From the IMG/VR virus record IMGVR_UViG_3300045988_173642, positions 35,986 through 99,985 of that record: 64,000 nucleotides of DNA; one strand, given 5' to 3'. Below, one piece after another: positions 54,034-63,100 of this stretch. The stretch comes from a virus. The stretch's first letter is position 1. Every line of letters begins with the position of its first letter. The notes beneath the pieces were generated by a model. It saw only the letters and a list, made by a program, of their open reading frames with translations. It searched no databases and had not been told where the DNA came from. The position numbers were made by a program, and so were the translations under genes.

Positions 54034-54053
54034 GTTTTCTGAGATTTTTAAAC

Positions 54054-54104
54054 GATAAAAAAACGTTCTACTTTTGTCTGTTGTCAGAACAAAGGTAGAA
54101 CGTT
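54054..54104 (-). terminator. rho-independent terminator closing the DGR accessory operon
   Basis: Stem aaacgttctac (54061-54071) pairs with gtagaacgttt (54095-54105), abutting the stop at 54105. On the minus strand it is followed by a T7 run. Confidence 0.65.
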
Positions 54105-54626
54105 TTAAGGTTTTTCATCGGACATTCCCATGTGTCGCGACAAAGAAAGGTGGTGCTGGAGGATGCGGATGTTATGGCGCAAATCGTCGAGCGTGGCGTG
54201 CTCTACGTCAATCATTGACACCAACACACAAACGTCATGCTCCGCTTCGGTGCGTGAATGATGGGCGTCTTGAGCGGGCGTGGGGGAAGGAGGAGAGGGG
54301 AGTGGTTGCACTGATGTTCCAGTCTGTTCCGCCAGTTCTTCCGACAACGCAAGCACATAATGTTTACCAGAATCATCCGTGCTGATTTCCACTTCCGGAT
54401 GCGCCTTCTTCAATCGTCGCAAAACGCCATCAATGGCGGAGCAGGGGATGCCAAGCTGATGAACAGTGTGTCCAGCAAGCGGAACGGCGCGGATGCGGTA
54501 GCCTGTGATGTTCTGCATGAACGCAGCGCAGGCGTTGAAAGCATGGAAAAACAATCCTTGCTGAATGAGATAGAGCCTGCGGCCATCCGTCTGTTCCTGC
54601 TCCGCAATGGCTTCAGCCACTTTCAT
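54105..54626 (-). CDS. MutS-domain-I-like small protein (candidate DGR accessory factor, MSL-type)
   Basis: RRLYLIQQGLFFHAFNACAAFMQNITGYRIRAVPLAGHTVHQLGIPCSAIDGVLRRL parallels E. coli MutS [32 protein letters not shown]...PMAGIPYHAVENYLAKL. The mismatch-binding F-x-E is FFH here. It overlaps the upstream ORF by 4 nt. Confidence 0.4.
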   Translation of the reverse strand: MKVAEAIAEQEQTDGRRLYLIQQGLFFHAFNACAAFMQNITGYRIRAVPLAGHTVHQLGIPCSAIDGVLRRLKKAHPEVEISTDDSGKHYVLALSEELAEQTGTSVQPLPSPPSPTPAQDAHHSRTEAEHDVCVLVSMIDVEHATLDDLRHNIRILQHHLSLSRHMGMSDEKP

Positions 54627-55081
54627 GCCTCTTCTATCTTGAAGGCCGGTTTGGCCAATGCCTTGCAGCGTTCGGCAAAGGCTGTCACTTGCTCCAGGTC
54701 GGTTGTGTCACCAAGCAATGCCTTGCGGTGAGCGCACAACTCTTCTGCATAAGAATATCGAGCGCCAATGAGATAAGCGGCCAAGGTATGATAATCTGAG
54801 ATGCGGTACACGGCCACAAGTTCTTTGATGAATGCCGCGTCAAGACTGTCAAATAAGCCCTGCTGATAAATGGTCTGCAGCAATGTCTGTGCCGTCATTC
54901 GTCCTTCATGCGAAATGGCCAGTGTGGTGCAACGAACGCGCTGCTCTCCTGCATCATTCTTATAAGATGAAGGGGAGAGGTTGATGGTCAAGAACTCCGT
55001 GTTCTTGGAATAAGAGCGAACGATGTGGCGGGGATTTTCCGTCAAATCTTCGCATTGGCGAAGGGGAATTTTTTCTCTCAT
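54623..55081 (-). CDS. hypothetical protein in the DGR operon
   Basis: 152-aa ORF, coupled by 4-nt overlaps to the RT upstream and the MutS-like ORF downstream. Confidence 0.6.
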   Translation of the reverse strand: MREKIPLRQCEDLTENPRHIVRSYSKNTEFLTINLSPSSYKNDAGEQRVRCTTLAISHEGRMTAQTLLQTIYQQGLFDSLDAAFIKELVAVYRISDYHTLAAYLIGARYSYAEELCAHRKALLGDTTDLEQVTAFAERCKALAKPAFKIEEA

Positions 55082-56553
55082 AAAATAGATGTTTGAATCA
55101 TTTTACATTTGTTTCGCAAACGAATCCGCTCAAAATGGCCATGAATGTAAAAGAACTCGTAGAAGACATGTTCAAAAATAGATAGTGTCGTTTTACGTAA
55201 GAGGTAAGACCTTTTATTCTTGAAAAAACCGAGGTACGAGTTGATGACTTGTTCCATGCGACGAAGGTCGCACAAGGATATAATGGATTTTTCGCGCAAC
55301 ATTTGGTTGAATCCAAAAACGCGCTCACGGAAACGAGCAACGGTGCGGCTGGACAGGTATATACGATAGTAACGGATGTAGGCTCCAACAAACATAACAC
55401 CATGTGAAGCTAATTGAAAATGATATTTGGTGACGTGAAGCGTAATACCAAGTTCAGACGACAGAAACAAGCGAGCGTCAATGATGAAGGCTTTTAAAGC
55501 AGACTTGCTGATGCAAATGACAACAAAATCATCTACAAAACGCGTGTAGTAGACCTCAAATCCACGGAGTTTGAACCATTGAATTACGAAATCATCAAAG
55601 AATGACATAAGGAAATTCACGAACACTTGCGTTGTGATATTCCCAATTGGCATTCCGAAGGCAACATCGCTGCCGAAAAGCGACTTATGGCGCTCAATAT
55701 GCTTGTGCCATTCATCTGGCGATGTGTTGAACACACAATTTTGCTCGGGACAATGAAACACGATGGTTTTGGATGCGGCGAACAATTGTTTCAAGTATTG
55801 GCCTTTGTATTGTTCGCGGATGAACGGTTCCAGTTTTGACCATAATATACGCTTGTCTATCGACATGAAGAACGAGACGATGTCGCCCTTAAACACCCAT
55901 GCAGGGCGGCTATAATTGCAAGTTGCCTTCTTGATGTTGTCATATACGGCCTTCTGAGCCGCAAGGGTGCCAAATCCTTTTCGGCAATTGAATGACACAT
56001 TACCTTGTTCAATAAAACGCCGCTCAAAATACGGATTGAGAAAAAGAATAATGAAATGATGAACGATGCGATCGCGAAAGCAAGCCGCAAAAACCTCTCT
56101 ATATTTCGGGTATTTCACAAGGAAACACGTGCTGACGCCTGGCTTATATGCTCCAGTATATAATTCATGTGCCAATGCTGGCAAATCATGTTCGGCTATC
56201 TCGCAATAGTCGATACATGCACGGCTGGTGCGTTTACGCTGGCAACAATCGTCAAAAGCAAAAAGCACAAGATCAAGAAAGTCGGTAGGAATATCAAAAG
56301 CGACGACAGGACGAACCACAAACCCGTTGTACTTATTGTTGTTGTTGATGTTGCCATTGCCGAAGTTGCTGTTCCAACTGTTGTTGCGGTTATACTCCGT
56401 GGCGCTCCATCGGTTGGCCTGAACGTTTACTTTGGGCATTGAAATAGCATAACCACTCCAGACATTTTCATACGAACCATTGCCGTATGAACATAAATCT
56501 AAATAGGTATGCCCACCTTTTAACAGTCCTCTCGGCTCTCTGTCACAATTCAT
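55078..56553 (-). CDS. DGR-type reverse transcriptase
   Basis: Motifs FRDRIVHH, VSFNCRKGFGT, GDIVSFFMSID, GMPIGNITTQVFVNFLMSFFDD (the DGR hallmark I/LGNxxSQ region) and YTRFVDDFVVI (YxDD). The ATG-started ORF runs through the TR; the RT body begins near residue 90. No ATG lies between the TR and the RT body, but an in-frame GTG is at 56268. Confidence 0.9.
   Translation of the reverse strand: MNCDREPRGLLKGGHTYLDLCSYGNGSYENVWSGYAISMPKVNVQANRWSATEYNRNNSWNSNFGNGNINNNNKYNGFVVRPVVAFDIPTDFLDLVLFAFDDCCQRKRTSRACIDYCEIAEHDLPALAHELYTGAYKPGVSTCFLVKYPKYREVFAACFRDRIVHHFIILFLNPYFERRFIEQGNVSFNCRKGFGTLAAQKAVYDNIKKATCNYSRPAWVFKGDIVSFFMSIDKRILWSKLEPFIREQYKGQYLKQLFAASKTIVFHCPEQNCVFNTSPDEWHKHIERHKSLFGSDVAFGMPIGNITTQVFVNFLMSFFDDFVIQWFKLRGFEVYYTRFVDDFVVICISKSALKAFIIDARLFLSSELGITLHVTKYHFQLASHGVMFVGAYIRYYRIYLSSRTVARFRERVFGFNQMLREKSIISLCDLRRMEQVINSYLGFFKNKRSYLLRKTTLSIFEHVFYEFFYIHGHFERIRLRNKCKMIQTSIL
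56296..56422 (-). repeat. DGR template repeat (TR), 127 bp
   Basis: Matches 57194-57320 at 114 of 127 positions. All 13 mismatches are plus-strand T in the TR, which is A on the coding strand. Read in frame it is rich in AAY codons (NRNNSWNSNFGNGNINNNNKYNG). Confidence 0.93.
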
Positions 56554-56577
56554 AAGACAAGTGATTTAAATGATTAT

Positions 56578-57039
56578 TTAAGCACTTACAGAATTACTAC
56601 CTTGCGAAAATCTGACCAGAGAAGATGCGCGCCATGCTGAAACCTGTAAGGAACAGGAAGCGACGAGCGACTTAATCTTCTTAAAATCATCATTACTGAT
56701 GCAGCCCAATGTCTTCATGATGCAAATAATAGATTTAATAGCATCTATATGAGCTGCAGCAATAGTCAGCTGCGGCACTCGTGAATACATATCAGCAAAT
56801 GCAATAGACAAACTCACCAATAAACCCGCGCATTCTGAATACATCGGATTGACCACAGGACGATATTTGACTGGACACGTCTTGTTGATTTGCGCCAAGA
56901 CGAGATACAATTGCTGAGAATCGCGAAACACCTGCTGCTGATGGATGGTCCGAACTTTCTCTTTCTTGAGCTTTTTACTTCTTTCTTTTTGTTCTGTTGT
57001 TATTTGTATATATTGTGGTTCTTTGTTGTCATTTACCAT
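56578..57039 (-). CDS. avd: accessory variability determinant (Avd)-like four-helix-bundle protein
   Basis: 153 aa between the target and the TR, with a basic N-terminus (KERSKKLKKEK). The helical body with FRDSQQLYLVLAQINKTCPVKYR...LSIAFADMYSR...IDAIKSIICIMKTLGCISNDDF fits the Avd / four-helix-bundle family pattern. Confidence 0.6.
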   Translation of the reverse strand: MVNDNKEPQYIQITTEQKERSKKLKKEKVRTIHQQQVFRDSQQLYLVLAQINKTCPVKYRPVVNPMYSECAGLLVSLSIAFADMYSRVPQLTIAAAHIDAIKSIICIMKTLGCISNDDFKKIKSLVASCSLQVSAWRASSLVRFSQGSNSVSA

Positions 57040-57073
57040 ACAATTTCCAATTTTATAATTAAATTGTTCACCG

Positions 57074-57081
57074 CAAAGTTA
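57074..57081 (-). promoter_or_regulatory. Bacteroidota promoter for avd-TR-RT (-7 TAACTTTG on the minus strand; -33 at 57102-57105)
   Basis: Plus strand caaagtta with a 20-nt spacer to CAAA; 35 nt upstream of the avd ATG. Confidence 0.6.
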
Positions 57082-57114
57082 ATAACAATTTTTGATATAA
57101 ACAAAAATAATTCA

Positions 57115-57171
57115 GCCGGCTTACGCCGGCAATGGCATTTTCGTTGAGCGACGCGCTAAAAAGCGCGTCGC
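57115..57171 (-). terminator. two GC-rich hairpins immediately downstream of the VR and target stop
   Basis: gcgacgcgc-taaaaa-gcgcgtcgc (57148-57171) has a 9-bp stem and lies 7 nt after the stop. gccggc-ttac-gccggc (57115-57130) has a GUAA loop on the minus strand and is followed there by a T-rich run. Confidence 0.6.
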
Positions 57172-57178
57172 AAAAAGG

Positions 57179-60100
57179 TTAAAGGATGAAGGGAAAAGCG
57201 ACGACAGGACGAACCACAAACCCGCTGTACTTATAGCTGTTGTAGACGTTGCCATCGCCGAAGTAGCTGCGCCAACTGTAGTAGCGGTCATACTCCGTGG
57301 CGCTCCATCGGTGGGCCTGACGAGGATTGCGCACCGGACAGCCCAGATTGGCGTCTTTCGCGCGTTTCTGCAAGTTTGCATAGAAAGGGCGGCGAGCATC
57401 CGTCGGCTCATGCGGTCGCAGTTCGTTGCCTTCGTCGGAAAAATCCGCCGTTGGCGTACCAGTGTCAGATGGCGTCAGCGCACGGCTATTGCGGAAGAAA
57501 ATATACAGACGGAACATATCACCGCTGCCATGCAGATACCATTTCCCTTTTTCAAACCACGGCGAAAGGCCGTCAATGGGCTTGCCGCCATTGCTCGGCT
57601 CGAACAGGGAACAAGCGTAGGCGGCAGGATAGGCTAACTGACGCCATCGTTTGTCGCCGCCGATATTTCCAAGCGCCACGCAGAGATCGGCCAGCTCTTC
57701 CATCGTTTCTGGAATGATATGGTCGCGTACTGCGGGAAGGTAGTCGAAGATGGTGTGACCATCGCTATCTGTCAACAGTCCTTCCCCGACATATTGTGTC
57801 AGAATACGATTGGCATGTGCCACGATTGAGGCGGTGTCCTTTTTGCCATCCCATCTGTTGGGCGCAGTATTACCTTCATAGACCTTGAATCCGTCACTTT
57901 CGTTATCATCATAAGCCTGCAAGTCTTTGATGTAATACGTTTTTTCGCCTTTTTCGTCCACCATACCAACATCTGTACAATCATTACAAGCGGGGATATT
58001 CGTCAAATCGTCATCAGAGACGGATAATGCTTCAGCAATCACCTTGCGTTCGTCGGGTGTAAATCCCAATTCACCAGTGCCTTGCGGATAAATACCCCAT
58101 GAAAACTCACTGATGGAGTTAGCCTTATCTGAGGACGTAATGGTCAGTTCTTCCACGTTTTCGATCAACACTTCATACAGTGTTTTGCCCGAATTATATT
58201 GCGCCGAGATTTCTTCATCCTGCAAATATTCGTTCAAAAGATTCGTTGGTAGGTCGGCATAAGGCGTCACCTTATATACCCAGCCAATAACCTTTTTACC
58301 CGGATATAACACGGAATCAAACTCACCATTATAGTAAGCGAAATCGCCTAATTTCGGAATGCGGTTGAAAAGTTTCAACACCACTGATGTGCTAAGCGAT
58401 TTTCCTCCAATCAAGGTAGCTGTAACAGTCAACGTCGCAGTTGGGTTATTACTTTCCTCGCCGACCGATGGCGCATGCAACACGCCAGTCTCTGCATCCA
58501 CCGTCACATTAAAATCATTCTCAGAGATAGACCACCTTAAATCCGTGAAGTTGTTGGCCATCGTTGGCAACACGGAACATTGGTAAGGATAATCTCCTGG
58601 TTCGGCAATAACAAAGCGTTGCGTAATGATATTCAAGCCTGTCACGCTGCGCAAAGAATAAGTGATATACAAATCATTATTCTCAGAGTCGATTTCGCCG
58701 AACTTGCGCAACAAGGCGAGTTTCAATTCTGCATCCACATTCTGCCCTTCTGTCACGGCAATTCGTCCATACAAAGAGCAATATAGAATCCCAGTTATAT
58801 AGAATAATACGCTTGGCGCAACATCTGTCCAATCAATTCCATCTATGCGCAACGTGCTCAACTTTGCGCCAGCCTCACTACATCCACGCACCAAAGAGCG
58901 CGTGTCAAAACCGCAATTGAGGGCGGTGATCGAAGTTAAACGAGCGTAGCCATCCAGCGTGAGCGTCTGTAACTGCGGCATATCGCGCACTTCAAGTTGT
59001 GAGAGCTCCGCACCGAAGCGAGCCACGGTAAGTTGTGGTGAGGACGGCATACGCACCTGCCCGTATTTCGTTCCGCGAAGGTCGAGTGTTTGCAGTCGTG
59101 AAGCCTTAGAGAGGTTGAATGTTCCGCTGGATGTGCTAACACCATTCAGAGACAGACGCTGCAAATTGGCGGCATCTACATCTATCTGCTTCGGCGCAAA
59201 CGCACTGCTACCTGCTTTAGGCTCAGCAATAAACTCCGTCATTCGGCGTCCCTGAATGGTGAAGTTATTATTGCCAACCACCATGTTACCCACGTTACCG
59301 ATGGAACGATAATAGTTAGTGGCAGCAAGTCCGACTGATGAGTCGCCAGGAATCGGTGTGGAAGCAGGATTTACTGTGAAGGCATAGTGTCGCCCCGGTA
59401 TCATGCGGAAATGCGGGTTGATGAGCGCACGGTCGCGCACGCCACAGGGATAGAGGTACTGATGAGGAACAAGGTCAAATGTGTATTCGCCTCCCGTGCG
59501 CCCAGAACCAGGCGTGAACTGCAAACCAGCGCTGGCGTCCACCAATCCAGTAGAACCAGTGTTCACACCACTTGAGAAGTCACCCCATGCCGCATACGAA
59601 CAGACAAGAGCCAGTCGGCGTGTCATATACTGAATCTCGCTCTCCAACTGGTCGCCAATGCCCTGCGTGACGGCGAGAATACCACGCGCCTGGTTGCCGT
59701 AACTCTCATAGCCCCACGATGCGGGCCAGTCGTATCGGATGCGCTGCTGTTCCGCCCATGCTACCTCGGCAAAGTACTTTTGAACTGAGAAGAAATACTT
59801 GTGTATACAACCGTATGGCGTTTGGCGTTGTGTCGTTGTAAGGCCGTCTATATTCTCATTCGCCCCAACCAACGTACACATGGCCGTCAACACTTCACGC
59901 ATATTGGCCGGCAATGCCGTTTGGTCGAGCGTTTCCCATGCCGCCTCCATGACATTGAACAAAGCCGATGCCGTGCCTTCATAGTCCTTCTGCTTTTTCA
60001 GTCCGTCCTTCGTGTCTTGAACGTCGAAATAACGAGAAAGGAAATACACCTTTGTCTGTCGTCCGTTGTTGTCAGTCTTAAAGATGGTATCAAGGTCATC

Positions 60101-63100
60101 TTGATAGAGCCAGCTCAAGCCTGTAGTTATATCAATGGTATAATACGTGTTCTTCGAACAATTGTCGGTACCAGCAATCATGAAGTTCACAAGATTATAA
60201 TGTACTTGATGATTCTTCTTGTTGAGATACTTTCCGCAGTGCTCGTTGAACGATGCTGCGATAGCCATTTGGAAACGAGTGTTCAACTTAGCATAGTCGC
60301 CTACATCCTCACTCTGCTTCCACTCCTCGTAGGTGGCTTTCGTGATGGCATCCGTGGCGAGATTACGAACGCCAGCCTTATATCCGTCGGAATCCGTCCA
60401 AGTTCCTGCATCAACGAATTTACCAGTGACATAGTTGAAACGCAGCAGATGAAAAGCTTCGTCACCATCGCGCAACCAATATTTCGTGGTCTGCATCTCG
60501 TCGAGCAATTGCGTATCGGCATCCGTTGCTCCAACGGCCGTGGCTCTGTCATATACGTTGGCATAATGCGCGTCAAACGCGGCGCGGTCGCCACGGAAAT
60601 ACTTCATACGCACATCGTGGGCATATATGAAGTTGCAGTAACGACGGAACAAAGCATCGTTCTTTGCCACAGGCGTTCCGTCATCGTTTGTCTTACCCAA
60701 CGAATACTCAAACGACTTGATGCCGTTATACACCCATGATTCATCATCCACGTTATACGTCACATCCTCGTCGGCCGGTACGCGAAAGTCACACAAAGGC
60801 AAGTTGTTATTCAAACCTTCAAAAGCAAACATTTTGCTCTTGTCGTAGCCCCACGTAGCCTTGTCACACTTGCCTGAACCAAATGTACCGAAGCCGACGA
60901 ACACTGGTTCCTTCTCGCCTTCTGGCTGGTTGAAGAAATAGTAATTGTCTTCATACACCGCAAAACGCGCACCCGTTTTGTTTGCAAACCAATCCGGCAG
61001 TTCGTCCTTGCATACAGTCTTCATCACATCGTTGTACAACCGCGTTGCGCCCATCTTGTGCGACTGCATCGGCGAAGCATAATTAATTTTATTGACGAGC
61101 TTCGTTGCCTTTGGACCACCGATCACAGGTGTATAGAACTGGCCGTGGTACATACCATTACCGTCAATCCAACCATCCAACACGTCAATCTGAAGGCGTT
61201 CTTTCTCCAGATCGCTCAATGTGCTGACAGCATCGCCCTGAATCTGGTTGCCGTCAAGATACAATGGGTTAGCCGCCGCCACCTCTTCTGTGAAGTTAGA
61301 CATAGAAGCCTTCCATCCGAAATCTTTGTGAAGTGTGGAGAATAGAATCACAATGCGATACGTCACCTTGTCCAGCTTCGTCTGCTCGTTGTTCCACCAA
61401 TACGTGTTGGCCGTACTTCCTTGCGCCGTGTTCATCAAACACTTCTTGCCGCCGAGCGTTCCCGATACATAAGCCAGATAAGCCGCCTTGCCGATAGTTC
61501 CAGACAATTCCGGAATATATTTCCCATTGTTGTCGTAATAGTCAATTCGCCAATAGCAAGCATAGCCAACCTTCTTGTCCTGGTTCATTTTATAGTTGTC
61601 TGTCCCGACGAGTGTCAGACAACGTTTGCCCTTCTCCTTCACCTTTCGGTAAGAGATACGTCCATTTCCGTCCAAGATGTCGTTGCGCTGACGGATGGCA
61701 TTCTTTGTCTCGGCGTCGGGGCGTGTGGCTGTGAAATTCTGAAGCACGTTTTGCGCGGACAACGTCACGCCACGGTAACAACGAATGGTGTAGATGTCGA
61801 GGTCGCATGAAGGATGGCCAAAGCGGATGCCGCCGTGTCCTTCGCCCTGAATCCATACGCCGTTGGTGTCCACGCTATATTGAACGGCACGCTGCGGTTT
61901 GCCGTTGACATATACCTTCACGGTGGGGCGGTTAGACGGCGTTTTATTGGGTGTCTGCCATTTAAATTCATCACTGCCCTTAGCCACAAGCGCTGGTGTG
62001 AGCGTCACAACGAGATGCACGCGTTTATCCTCCTCAAAAGCGAAATCTTGGTCATCCTCGTTCTGCTTTTCCTGCGCCCAGACCGCGCCAGTGAGCGGTT
62101 TGATGATGATGCCCAATTTCTCCAACGTGCTTTCGATGGTCTGAGAGATACTAATGACAGGGTCATCCTCTGCCGTAATGTTGCGCACGGCAAACTCCAT
62201 CTCCAACGACATGGCCGCAGATGGGTTTGTTTTAAACGCTTCAAATGGTTCGTAACCGATGGTCAGCGTGCGTCCGCTCGGAATGCGGAGCACCTTCACG
62301 CCATCATCATCCTGCATCCAGGCATCGCCAGTTCCGGAGAAACCATTCCAAACCGAAGGCACTTCCTCCTGCGTCTGCTTGTTGATGATGGTTTGATAGT
62401 GCGTCTCAGTGTTGTTGCGCACCTTTGGGTCAAGGTAGAAATGCGCACCCGCAACGGGCGAATAGTCGTTCTTGTTATCCACCGTGAACACCACAAAGCG
62501 ATTGCCTTGGCTCTCACGCAAGAAGTTTACAATCTCTTCGCCATTGTAACGAAACACACGCAAGTAAGCCTGATAAGACGCCGGACTCTCGCCCGTAGAT
62601 GAATTTTCAATTTCGATGGTAGTGTCAATCGGGTAACGCTCACCAACCACGGCTTTCTGTTCCGACACGAAATAAGAAGCCGTATAATCCAAATCGCCGT
62701 CGCCAGCGTTCGTGATACGGATGCTGACGGGCAGAGGGTCTGTGGCGGGCAGGGTAGGGGCTTCCGCGCTCTGAGGCACCCACACCGCAAAGTAGGAAAT
62801 GACCGTGCGCACATAGTTCTCCACCACGCTCTGCACGCCCTGTAACATGAGATAAGGCTGCGCCAGTTGCGACGGGTTTGCCGTTGCCTCGTTCACCACC
62901 ATAAATCGGTTGACCTGCACCTCTGACGACAATTCACCGCCCATGCCATCGTCACACGTCACCCATGCCGTCACGGTATGCACGCCATGCGACAATAATC
63001 CATAAGCCGTAATCTCCTGCTGCGTCCACGAATAAGGATTAGCTTCCGGCCGCTGCTCATCAGCCAGAAACGTCTTAGGCTCCATCGTCCATGTGCCAGA

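Noticed and set aside
55078-56553. Reading the RT as a retron or group II intron RT
   Set aside because: There are no intron RNA domains, maturase/endonuclease domains or msr/msd-like inverted repeats. An adenine-specific TR/VR pair, an Avd-like ORF and DGR-specific RT motifs explain the locus.
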